Shown here: positions 10,335 to 19,100 of the stretch, piece by piece
Numbering within the stretch: the stretch's first letter is position 1
Layout of the letters: each line of letters opens with the position of its first letter
NCBI GenBank assembly: GCA_043741375.1
Contig: JAYUAJ010000437.1
Coordinates: 1-42,248 of the forward strand
Reading direction: 5' to 3'
Source of the DNA: Hyphomicrobiaceae bacterium
GTDB lineage: Bacteria; Pseudomonadota; Alphaproteobacteria; Rhizobiales; Hyphomicrobiaceae
DNA: 42,248 bases
The notes under the pieces: generated by a model
Databases searched by the model: none
What the model saw: the letters and a program-made list of their open reading frames with translations, nothing else
What the model was told of the DNA's origin: nothing
Made by a program: the position numbers and the translations under genes

Positions 10335-10361
10335 AAAGGGCCCGTTTCAGGGCCCTTTTTG
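10335..10361 (+). terminator. Rho-independent terminator of rpmB
   Basis: aaaaGGGCCC-gtttca-GGGCCCttttt, 30 nt after the rpmB stop. Confidence 0.8.
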
Positions 10362-10489
10362 ATTCTGGCTTGGCGTGGGGGCTGTCGCCGTTGCGAGAAT
10401 GGGATCAGACCTCTTTCGCCTGCGCCTCCGGTTCGGCACGTGACCGCTGCTCAAGGCGAAAGGGTCTGACCCCATACTCAGACCCCATA

Positions 10490-10621
10490 TTAGCTCAACC
10501 ACACCCTCCAGGCCGGTTCGCTGCGCTCGATCATGGCCTTGCATTTGACGGCCTGCTCGGGCTTGGCGAAGCGCTCGTACTGCTCGGGAAGTTCGCCGGG
10601 GCGCTGGACGACTACGGACAT
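10490..10621 (-). CDS. small hypothetical protein (43 aa; 47 aa if started at ATG 10633), absent from the ORF track
   Basis: MSVVVQRPGELPEQYERFAKPEQAVKCKAMIERSEPAWRVWLS*. Third codon positions are almost all G/C, as in genuine genes here. GGAG lies 6 nt upstream of ATG 10621. A hairpin (10462-10485) follows the stop. No family recognised. Confidence 0.4.
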   Translation of the reverse strand: MSVVVQRPGELPEQYERFAKPEQAVKCKAMIERSEPAWRVWLS

Positions 10622-10773
10622 GGGGGGCTCCATCAGAGTGTGCGGGTGCCGGTCTGCTGCGGGGGCAGCAGAGGAGGCTTTTTGGGGGATGTCGGGGAGG
10701 GACGCGACTCACTGGAACTCGTGAGAACAAAATGGAACATGATCGGAACATTTGCAAGTGTCATTTGTCTCCG

Positions 10774-11457
10774 TCAGGTATTTTTGTTCTCTTTTTGTGC
10801 TGAAACAGATTCCGCCCGCAGCCGGGCGATTTCAGCGGCATAGTTCTTCGATTGGAAAATCGACGAGCCGCCGACCAGCACATTCGCGCCGGCGGCGGCG
10901 GCCAGTTCCGCAGTCCCCGGCTTGATGCCGCCATCCACCTGAAGATCGATCGCGCGCGGGCCGATTATCCGCCGCACTGCGGTGATCTTCTCTCCCATCG
11001 CCCTGATATAGCTCTGCCCGCCGAAGCCGGGATTGACGGTCATCACCAGCACCATGTCCACGCGGTCCAGCACGTACTCCAGCACGCTTTCGTGCGTTGC
11101 AGGGTTGATCGCCAAGCCCACCTTCTTGCCCAGCCCCCGGATGGTCTGCAGCGTGCGGTCTAAATTCGGGCCGGCCTCGGCGTGGACGGTCATGATATCG
11201 GCGCCGGCTTTAGCGAACGCCTCCAGCATCGGGTCTACCGGTGCAACCATCAGATGCACGTCCAAAGGCTTCTTGGTATGCGGACGGATGGCGGCCACGA
11301 CATTTGGCCCCATGGTGATGTTCGGTACGAAGTGCCCGTCCATCACGTCCACATGCACCCAGTCGCATCCGCCAGCATCGACCGCGCGCACCTCCTCGCC
11401 GAGCCGGGCGAAATCGGCTGCGAGAATGGAGGGGGCAATCAGAATGGGACGGGTCAT
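10774..11457 (-). CDS. rpe: ribulose-phosphate 3-epimerase
   Basis: 227-aa ORF: [53 protein letters not shown]. Confidence 0.95.
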   Translation of the reverse strand: MTRPILIAPSILAADFARLGEEVRAVDAGGCDWVHVDVMDGHFVPNITMGPNVVAAIRPHTKKPLDVHLMVAPVDPMLEAFAKAGADIMTVHAEAGPNLDRTLQTIRGLGKKVGLAINPATHESVLEYVLDRVDMVLVMTVNPGFGGQSYIRAMGEKITAVRRIIGPRAIDLQVDGGIKPGTAELAAAAGANVLVGGSSIFQSKNYAAEIARLRAESVSAQKENKNT

Positions 11458-11572
11458 GGCCGACTTTCGAGCGATCTCTCAGGGAACGCAAGTCTAGCCG
11501 CATTTGCCTGCCACGCAAACGCGGCGACACTGCGCGGGGAAGCACACGCAGCACCCGATGGCTAGGCGCTGG

Positions 11573-11607
11573 ACCCGGTGTCAGGCACTAGGTGCCTGAC
11601 ACCGGGT
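11573..11607. repeat. perfect 16-bp inverted repeat with 3-nt spacer, straddling the stop codon of the acyl-CoA synthetase gene
   Basis: ACCCGGTGTCAGGCAC-tag-GTGCCTGACACCGGGT. The right arm encodes the last codons (..PVSGT) and the left arm lies just after the stop. No T-run follows on the minus strand. Confidence 0.9.
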
Positions 11608-13750
11608 GCGCGATCCGCACCAGCGCGTCCACTGCCACCGCGCCCATTCCTTCCGGCCGCACGATCAGGGGGTTGATGTCCAGTTCCAGCAGCGTATCCG
11701 CGTTCGCCTCGGCATAACGGGCGACCGCCAGTAGGGCGGCGACGGCTGCGGCAATGTCGCCTTTCGGCTTGCCACGGAAGCCCAGCATCAGCTTTGCGGC
11801 TTTGAGCGACCGCACCGCACGCTCGGCTGCGCCGGCACTAACTGGAAATAGCAGCGTCCGCGCATCGCCGATCAGTTCGACCAGGATGCCGCCCGAGCCC
11901 ACCACCAGCACCAGCCCCACCTGCGGATCGCGCTTGATGCCGATAATCAGCTCCGCGACAGTATCTCCGATCATACGCTCGACGATGAATTCATTCGCGA
12001 GGGCCGACATAGCCTCAACAGCCGCAGACGTTTCGTCCGCACTGCGCACATTCAGCCGTACTGCTCCGGCCTCGGTCTTGTGCAGCAGCGTTCGCGAACA
12101 GGCCTTGACCACCACAGGACCACCTATTGCGGCGAAGGCAGCCCGAGCCTCGATGGCGCCAGTCACTAGGCGGCCGCCAGGCAATGCAAGGCCGAATCGT
12201 CCAAGCGCCTGCTTGGCTTCCCACTCGCTGAGTGCGAATCCCCTCTCCCCGTCCTTTACGGGGAGAGGGTTAGGGTGAGGGGCGGCGGCCGGGTGCGGAG
12301 CAAGCGGCGGCCCCTCACCCTCACCTCGCTGCGCTGAAACGCTTGCGGGTCGAGGGAGTCCGAGCGGCGCAAACGGCTCGCCCGTCGCCCGGCCGATGAA
12401 CGCCGCCATCTCAATGGCGGTAAGCGCCTGATCTATGCCCATGAACGGCACAACGCCTTGCGCCATCAATTCCTGCGCATAGGCTTCCGGCATGCATTCG
12501 TTCAGCGTCGCCAGCACGCCGATTTTCGTGCCCACCGCCTTGCCCGCCTTGATGAAGGCTTGATTGCCGAGCTTCCAGTCCGCCGGGTCGCAGCGGTCCT
12601 CGCGCGGGATATCCATGACGATCAGGCCCAGATCGAACCTGCTCCTCAGCACCTCCGTGAAGGTCGCCTGCATGCGGTCAAACTTGGCCCAGTCGAAGGT
12701 GTGATAGTCGAACGGGTTCGTGATGCTCACGATCGGATTCACGATCGGGCGGATGCGCGCGATGTCGGCATCCGTGAACGGAGCAAAATCAACGTCTTTG
12801 CCCGCCGCCGTATCGGCCATCAGCAGCGCTTCGCCGCCCGAGCAGCTGAGGCTGACAATGCGATTGCCCGGCAGGGGTCCGTGGACGTGCAGTAGCTTCA
12901 GCGTCTCCAGGAACTCGGGCAGCGAGAACACGCGCGCCACGCCGAGCCGGGACAGGAGCGCGTCCATGACGGCATCCGATCCGGCCAGCGAGCCGGTATG
13001 GCTCATAGCCAACTCCCGGCCCTGCTCGCTGCGGCCCGCCTTCAGGGCCACGACGCCCACGCCATGGCGCCGGGCCGCATCGACGGCCGCAGCGAACGCC
13101 GTCACATCCGGGATGCCCTCGATCAGGAGGCCGATCGCCGACACCCGCCCGGTTGCCGCGAGGGCTTGCGTCAACTCGGCCAAGCCGACCTTGGCCTGGT
13201 TGCCGAGAGCGGCGAGATAGGCGATCGGAACCGCGCGCCGGTTCATGGTCATGTTCACGGCGATGTTGCCCGATTGCATGAGGATGGCGACGCCGCGCTC
13301 GATGCGGGCGCCGCCATGCTGGTCGGGCCAGAGCAGGGCTCCGTCCACGTAGTTGATCAGGCCGTAGCAGTTGGGCCCGAGAAACGGCATGTTTCCCGAA
13401 GCGGCGACCAGGTCGCGCTCGAGCTCGGCGCCCTCGGGTCCAGCCTCCTTGAAGCCGGAGGCAAAGCAGATCGCGCCGCCTGCGTCTCGTTTGTCGAGGT
13501 CACCCATCACCTCGATAGCGAGGCCGCGATTGACGGCGACGAAACTGGCGTCCGGCGCCCCCGGAAGATCGGCCACCGAGGCGTAGCACCTGAGGCCACG
13601 CACCTCGCGTTTGGTCGGATGTACTGGCCACACCTCGCCGGCAAACGCCATCTTCTGGCATTGCTCGACGACGCGTTCGGCCCAGGCACCGCCAAAGGCA
13701 GCGATGGAGCGCGGGGCAAGAAGCCGGGTCAGGGAGGGCGACTGTGTCAC
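11588..13750 (-). CDS. acetate--CoA ligase family protein (ADP-forming acyl-CoA synthetase: CoA-binding + ligase-CoA + ATP-grasp domains)
   Basis: 720-aa ORF. N-terminal CoA-binding region (IAAFGG..VWPVHP), succinyl-CoA-synthetase-like middle part, and a C-terminal ATP-grasp beginning LSEWEAKQALGRFGL. The linker carries a REP-like insertion (see repeat 12241-12321). Confidence 0.8.
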   Translation of the reverse strand: MTQSPSLTRLLAPRSIAAFGGAWAERVVEQCQKMAFAGEVWPVHPTKREVRGLRCYASVADLPGAPDASFVAVNRGLAIEVMGDLDKRDAGGAICFASGFKEAGPEGAELERDLVAASGNMPFLGPNCYGLINYVDGALLWPDQHGGARIERGVAILMQSGNIAVNMTMNRRAVPIAYLAALGNQAKVGLAELTQALAATGRVSAIGLLIEGIPDVTAFAAAVDAARRHGVGVVALKAGRSEQGRELAMSHTGSLAGSDAVMDALLSRLGVARVFSLPEFLETLKLLHVHGPLPGNRIVSLSCSGGEALLMADTAAGKDVDFAPFTDADIARIRPIVNPIVSITNPFDYHTFDWAKFDRMQATFTEVLRSRFDLGLIVMDIPREDRCDPADWKLGNQAFIKAGKAVGTKIGVLATLNECMPEAYAQELMAQGVVPFMGIDQALTAIEMAAFIGRATGEPFAPLGLPRPASVSAQRGEGEGPPLAPHPAAAPHPNPLPVKDGERGFALSEWEAKQALGRFGLALPGGRLVTGAIEARAAFAAIGGPVVVKACSRTLLHKTEAGAVRLNVRSADETSAAVEAMSALANEFIVERMIGDTVAELIIGIKRDPQVGLVLVVGSGGILVELIGDARTLLFPVSAGAAERAVRSLKAAKLMLGFRGKPKGDIAAAVAALLAVARYAEANADTLLELDINPLIVRPEGMGAVAVDALVRIAHPVSGT
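12241..12321. repeat. REP-like double hairpin embedded in frame inside the acyl-CoA synthetase CDS
   Basis: Hairpin 1: CCCTCTCCCCGT-ccttt-ACGGGGAGAGGG (12241-12269, perfect 12-bp stem). Hairpin 2: AGGGTGAGGGGC (12272-12283) pairs with GCCCCTCACCCT (12310-12321). Translated on the minus strand this reads ..GEGEGPPLAPHPAAAPHPNPLPVKDGERG.. Confidence 0.85.
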
Positions 13751-13758
13751 GGGACTCC

Positions 13759-14181
13759 TCAGCCCGGCGTGTCGGTCGACACATGCGACGACCCGCTGCG
13801 CATTTTCCGCGGGAGCGTGTCGGCAGTATCAAACCAAGGCAGCTTCTCGACAACGTGTACGTGCTCGCGCGGGCCAAAACCGGATGGATCGGTCAGCGTC
13901 CCCGTATAGATATGGATTTCGCCGGGCCAATTGGCGCCCTCGAAGCTCATCGGGGACCCGCAGCGGCCGCAGAAACTGCGCGTAACGCCGGGCGAGGACG
14001 CGAATTTGGCGGGAGTGCCGCGCGTGTAGCGCAGTTGCGCGGCATCGAGCCCGACGAACGCCGCGACCGGAGCCGAGGTGTGTCGCCGGCAGCTTTCGCA
14101 ATGGCAGTAGCTCAGCCATTTCGGCGCGCCGTCGAACTCGTAGTGGAGCGCACCGCACAGGCAGCGGCCGGTGGTGGACAT
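13759..14181 (-). CDS. GFA-family (glutathione-dependent formaldehyde-activating / CENP-V-like) zinc protein
   Basis: MSTTGRCLCGALHYEF..CHCESCRR..FCGRCGSPM shows the Cys-rich GFA pattern. Started at ATG 14181, with GAGG 5 nt upstream. Confidence 0.8.
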   Translation of the reverse strand: MSTTGRCLCGALHYEFDGAPKWLSYCHCESCRRHTSAPVAAFVGLDAAQLRYTRGTPAKFASSPGVTRSFCGRCGSPMSFEGANWPGEIHIYTGTLTDPSGFGPREHVHVVEKLPWFDTADTLPRKMRSGSSHVSTDTPG

Positions 14182-14272
14182 GGTGGCCTCGCATAGGGTG
14201 CCGGGCGTTTCGGCCACCATAGCGGCTCTGGCTCAGGTGAGGCAATGGCGCTCTGGCCAGCCCCGACCCTTG

Positions 14273-14301
14273 CCCTCCCCCGGTTTGAACCGAGGGGAGG
14301 G
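14273..14301. repeat. REP-type hairpin (CCCTCCCC..GGGGAGGG)
   Basis: CCCTCCCCCGGTT-tg-AACCGaGGGGAGGG, between the hypothetical gene stop (14330) and the GFA start (14181). Confidence 0.8.
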
Positions 14302-14329
14302 AATGGACGTCATACAGAGAGAACGCGCG

Positions 14330-14965
14330 TCAGTGCCGTGTGCTGGCACTCGGCCCGGCCGCTCCCGGTGTTGACGGCGTCAGGTTCAGCACGCCAGCCG
14401 GCAAGGTTTCCGGATCGAGCGGAGCGGGCATGCGCCTGACCGCGATCAGTTTTTCACCCTTGGGCCACAGCGCCTGGAAGGTGCGGGCCGCGCGCTTGGC
14501 CGCCTCGCTGTTGAAGCACTCGAAGGTCTCGAAGGCATCGCGCGTCTCGGGGTCGCGGCGCATGCAGTCGCCCTGCCAGCTGAACGTGGTGCCCAGCACC
14601 AGCTGCTCGTGCGCATCGATCAGCGCAGGATGGCCGGCCTTGCGCAAGGCCAGGAACGGGTCTGTGGCATCGTTGCGGGTCGCGATTTCCAGCCACTGCG
14701 CCATCTGATCAGCCGGTTCCGCCTTGGCAAACAGCACCTCGACGCGCACCGCCAGCGATTCGCACTCCGTCATTGCGGTCAGCAATGCGCGCGCCACCGG
14801 CGAGGCCGCCGAGCGGGCGATCAGGGTCACGGTGCGCTGGCCCAGACCCGGCTCGGCCGCGATGCTCAGGCGGTCCAGGTAGAAGCCGAGGAAACGGGAG
14901 GAATTCTCCTGCTTTTCCATATGCTTGACGAATTTGGATTGGCGGGCGTTATCGAAGAAGCTCAT
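14330..14965 (-). CDS. hypothetical protein (211 aa)
   Basis: ORF with coding-like composition (MSFFDNARQSKFVKHMEKQENSSRFLGFYLDRL...). ATG 14965 chosen over the track start at 15040. No family recognised. Confidence 0.55.
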   Translation of the reverse strand: MSFFDNARQSKFVKHMEKQENSSRFLGFYLDRLSIAAEPGLGQRTVTLIARSAASPVARALLTAMTECESLAVRVEVLFAKAEPADQMAQWLEIATRNDATDPFLALRKAGHPALIDAHEQLVLGTTFSWQGDCMRRDPETRDAFETFECFNSEAAKRAARTFQALWPKGEKLIAVRRMPAPLDPETLPAGVLNLTPSTPGAAGPSASTRH

Positions 14966-15230
14966 GTGCACCTGACCCTCTGGCCTGATCGCAACGACCG
15001 ATGGCGGGATGCTCGGCCGTCCAGGCGGTAACGCAACCACTCATCGGGTTATCGGCTACGAGGGTTAAAGAACGCTTGCGGTTTGGCTCCCTGAGGGAGA
15101 ATTTACGGCGAGTGTGGGAGGAATTCAGGCGGAAGACGGGATGGGGGTCTGAGGGGGTCTGGCTGGCGCAGTGTGCAATAGGCGTTCTTCACGCCGTATG
15201 GCGCCGTCCCTCTACACGTCCGGGCGCCGA

Positions 15231-15269
15231 TAGGGTGCAATACGGCCAAAGGGGCCTATTGCACCCTAC
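15231..15269. repeat. 12-bp perfect inverted repeat
   Basis: TAGGGTGCAATA-cggccaaaggggcc(15 nt)-TATTGCACCCTA. Confidence 0.85.
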
Positions 15270-15298
15270 GGTTCATCGCGGCCGAATCACGGACCCCA

Positions 15299-15392
15299 CC
15301 TCTCCCGCGCCCCTTCGCGGGGAGAGGAAATCGCGTCTCGCAGGCGACCTTTGGGAGCCAAGAGCCACGCGATTGGTGAGGGGCAGCCGCTT
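15299..15392. repeat. REP element: GGGGAGAGG-type hairpin plus a 56-nt unit shared with 19646-19701
   Basis: Hairpin CCTCTCCCGCG-cccctt-CGCGgGGAGAGG (15299-15327). Unit ctcgcaggcgacctttgggagccaagagc...ggtgaggggcagccgctt (15337-15392) matches 19646-19701 at 51 of 56 positions by my hand alignment. Confidence 0.85.
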
Positions 15393-15548
15393 GCGCCGGC
15401 CCTGTTGATACAACCACCGGCCCATCAATCGCCATCCGCGCCGTTCCGCCCATCCGCGATTTCCGGCCCTCCCGCTCCGGCGGCGCCAATGTCGGGTCTC
15501 GCTGACGCGCTCTACCCGACCTACACAGCGGCCCGAACAAACCACGAA

Positions 15549-15727
15549 CCCGTAGGTTGGGTTAGCGCGGCCGCAGTCGCCGCGATAGGATGACAGCGCC
15601 CGTTCCGCGCGTAACCCAACATTGGGTGCGGCAGGACGCTGACGCCGCGCCGTGGGGTGTTGGGTTACGGGCGTTGAACGGCGGAGCGTGTGGTTAGTTC
15701 CGTGAGCGCCCTAACCCAACCTACGGG
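15549..15727. repeat. 179-bp MITE/REP-like palindromic element with perfect 17-bp terminal inverted repeats
   Basis: CCCGTAGGTTGGGTTAG (15549-15565) and CTAACCCAACCTACGGG (15711-15727). An inner inverted pair is cgtaacccaacat (15610-15622) / gtgttgggttacg (15657-15669). No coding capacity. Confidence 0.85.
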
Positions 15728-15736
15728 CTTTGGCAA

Positions 15737-16065
15737 ATGACGACACTTTACTGCATACTCGCCAGGAACGCTGCGACGGCAGTAATTTTCCGGCGCGGCC
15801 CAACAAAATATGTCAGACTGATAAATTGGAATTTAGAAAATGATACTTTTGTACCGGGGCAATGGTTCAATGGGCGGATCTGAACGCCGATTGGGCGGAA
15901 GTCCACGGTAAAGATGTGGTTTTTTCGCAAGGCGGAAAGTTATTTCGCAAGAAAATAGCAAAAAGAAACAAGAAAATCGTACTGGAGCCGACAGTTGAAC
16001 TTGCGGATTTCAGTGACATGAAATTTGAGCCAATAGTGGCGCCGGATTCAGCTACGAGATGGTGA
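15737..16065 (+). pseudogene. low-GC remnant of a conserved hypothetical gene: N-terminal 48 codons and C-terminal ~67 codons joined out of frame
   Basis: Frame 2: MTTLYCILARNAATAVIFRRGPTKYVRLINWNLENDTFVPGQWFNGRI* (15737-15883). Frame 1: ..VQWADLNADWAEVHGKDVVFSQGGKLFRKKIAKRNKKIVLEPTVELADFSDMKFEPIVAPDSATRW* (15862-16065). Both look protein-like. The region is visibly AT-richer than its surroundings. Confidence 0.45.
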
Positions 16066-16159
16066 GCGGGGTTGTTCTCAGTTCCCCCAAAAACACCAAC
16101 GGCCGCCCCGATACCCCGAACGCGGCCGCCAGCAAACCCTACGCGTGCAGCGAAGAACC

Positions 16160-19100
16160 CTACTCCCTTACCTTCCGCCGCTTCACACCCCGCCCAAACC
16201 GCGTCGCGATCCGCTCGATCTCCAGCGTTTCGCGGTCGTGGCCGAACGCCGGCTCGTCGTCCTCGCCACGCAACGGCGCGCGCTCGTCGGCGCGATGCTG
16301 CGTCACGACGTGGCGCCAATCGGCGTCGGGGTGTTCGGCGTACTGCTCGGGGGCTTCTTCGGGGGCGTTGGACGCCGTGTTCAGGAACGCGTTGATCTCC
16401 GACGGGTCGGACATACCGGCGGGGAGGTGGGGCGCCGGCTGATAGGCCTCCCAGCTCTGCTGCAGTTCGGGCGCGGTCGCGGACTTGCCGTGTACGGATA
16501 TTGCGTCATGCACGCTCGGCTCGATGGCGTGGTCGATCTGGTGCACGCCGCCGGTCATGGTGCTTTCGGCGGCCCAGCGGAACGGGGCGCGGCGGGTCAT
16601 GGGGGCGGGGGCCTGATCGTAGTTGTGGTCGTAGGCGAGCGCGGCGTTGCCGTTGGCGTGGTAGGCTGGCGCGCTGGCCTCGGCGCCGTTGGGCTGCTGC
16701 CAGGGCGTGGGCGCCGGGTAGGCGTGGTCGTCGGTCTGGGCCCAGCCGCGGCTGTTGCTGAGGTTGGGCATCAGGATCACGGACGGATTGTCCTGCGAGA
16801 GATGAGCAGTACCGGCGACGCTGGTGTTGGCGTCGAAGGCGGCGTTGTCGGCATCGGTCTGTGCGTAGCCGTTGGTGTAACCATGGCCATTGGCCACGTC
16901 AGCGCCGTTGGCATAGCCAGCGTGCCCGTTGGTCTCCGACGCGCGCGGAGAAACGGCGGCGCGGGTGGCGGCGGCGACTTGGGAAGTCTGCTGGTTCGCC
17001 AGGTCGCGCACCACCAGGGCCAGTTCCGAAACCGTCTGGCGCAGGGACGCGACGTCTACGGTTGATGCGTCCTTCGTGTCGTGTGCGGCAGCGGCAGACA
17101 CCTTCAGCTCCGGCGCTGAGCGGCGTTCAGGCGCGGCCTTGCGCTCAAAGCTCGGCTCGGACGTTGGCCCCGCATGATGCTCGTCGCGCGAGCCCATCAG
17201 CTTGTCCCAGAACCCCGATGATTTGCGCGGTGCATTGCCGTCGGCGCGCAATTCGATGCGGTTGTCCGGCTTGGCGCCGTCGAGATCGGTCCCATAGGTG
17301 CGGGAGATGTCGCGCTTGGTGCGCTCGATCTGGGCCCGTTTGGCCGTGATGCTGGCTTCCAGATCCAGCGAACTCAGCTCCGACTGCGCGGAAATCTCGC
17401 GCCGGCGCAGATCGGCTTCCTGCTGCTTGCCGGTGATGTTGGTCTCGATCATCAGCGTGTTCAGCTCGGCTTCCTTGCGCTTGGCCGACTTCACCGCGTC
17501 GTGCTCGATCTCCATCAGTTCCGACTGGAACACGATCTGGCTCGACTTCATCTCGTTCTTCTTGATGCGCGCTTCCAGCTGCTTTTCGCGCACGGGAGAC
17601 AGCTCGTGATCGGCGCCGACCACCATGTCCATCACGAAGTCGGACCAGGCGCCCTTCTTGAAGCGGTAGAGGCGGAAACTCTTGATACCGGCCCACTTGG
17701 AGCCGAGTTGTTTCAGGCGTGTGCGGATGGCTGCAACCGGCGGGAAGCTGGCGCGGCGGAACGGGCCACCGGTTTCCTGGCTGGAAAAGAAGTTCTGGAT
17801 GAACTGGGCTTCCAACAGGTCGTCTTCGGTGAGGTTGCGCGCGCTGCCGTCATGGTCGCCGCCGGCTCCTTCGCGGCCCGCGATGAGCGGGATGGCGACA
17901 TAGTCGTGGCCCATGTAGTCGAAGGCGATGTGGCGCAGCGGCTCCATCTTTGCACGCGCATCGGGATCATCATGGATGGCGTACATATCATCCAGTGTAC
18001 GGTAGGTTTCGCCGTCGGACTGGGCGCGGCGGCGACGCGTGCGCTCGGTCGCGGTCAAGGGCTTCGGGATCGAGACCAGCAGCAAGCAGAGATCGACAAA
18101 CAGCGCGATGGCGAGCGGGATGTAGTCGCGCTGGGACAGGCCCGATTCGCCGGCCGGAGCCTGCTTGGCTTCCACGCCGCCGGTCTGGATGGCGCGCACT
18201 TGTTGGTTGCGGATCTGGTCCGGGGTCGCCGGCAGCTTGAACTGGGCCAGGCTCAGCAGCGTTGTGTTCAGCCTACGGAAGGCCTCGATGGTGGCGTCGG
18301 CGCCTTCCACCGTGGTGATTTCCGGCTTCTCCAGGATCGGGAGCGCGTCGATCGCCTTCACGGCGCTGCGCAAGGCGGCCTGGATCTGCGGATCGGGGCA
18401 GGCGAAGGTTTTTCCTTGCTCGTCCGGGAACACGGTTTTGTCGGCGCGCTCGGCGAAATCGGCGCGCAGCTGCTTTAACTGCGGATCGGTGCGGAAGGCG
18501 TTGAAGCCGACCACGGTCATTTCCAGTTTGCGGCCGAGGCCTTTGATGAACTCGTTACGCGTGCCGGTCTTGACGTCGAACGTGCTCTTGTCCTGATGCA
18601 CGATTTTTTGCAGATCGCCTTCCAGGTTGGCGACGTCCTGTTTCAGCGCGGCCGAGCGCTGCTCGACGAATTGCGATGCGGTGGAGAAGCTGGCGGCGTC
18701 GGAATCGCGCAAGCGGCGGCGCGGGCCATCGCCGGGCTTGCTGTTGGGGCAGGAGTTGCCCTTGGCGTTTTCGTCCTCGGCCTTCTTGGTCGAGACCAGA
18801 GACAGCTGCGTGAAGACATTGGCCATCTGGTCGAGGCGGGTCTCGGCGCCGTGCAGCGCGCCCTGCACTTGCGTCACGGCCGATTCGGCGCCGCGCGAGG
18901 CTTCCGAGCGGCTTTCCAGGAACTTCCAGTAGAAACCGAACGAGAATCCGACCGAGATCAAGGTCAAGAACAGATAGCCGGTGATGTACAGCACACGGAC
19001 GGGAAACACCGTGACTTCGTTGAACAGCTGATCCAGCAGCCAAACCACCATGAGCATCAGCATGGCGACCGACGCGCCGATGGCGATCTTGAACACCAGG

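Noticed and set aside
10347-10843. ORFs 10347..10757 (-), 10370..10843 (+) and 10533..10724 (+)
   Set aside because: Arg/Pro/Ser-rich translations that run across the rpmB terminator and into rpe. The short high-GC3 ORF at 10490..10621 explains the coding signal better.
15256-15593. ORFs 15256..15540 (-), 15273..15545 (-) and 15351..15593 (+)
   Set aside because: They are composed of REP/MITE repeat sequence (hairpins, the shared 56-nt unit, the TIR). The same reading appears wherever the repeat occurs, so they are not genes.
15862-16065. 67-aa ORF as an intact stand-alone gene
   Set aside because: It has no SD. It overlaps the end of the upstream 48-codon ORF in another frame, and it starts in the middle of what reads like a C-terminal domain. 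It is better explained as part of a decayed gene.
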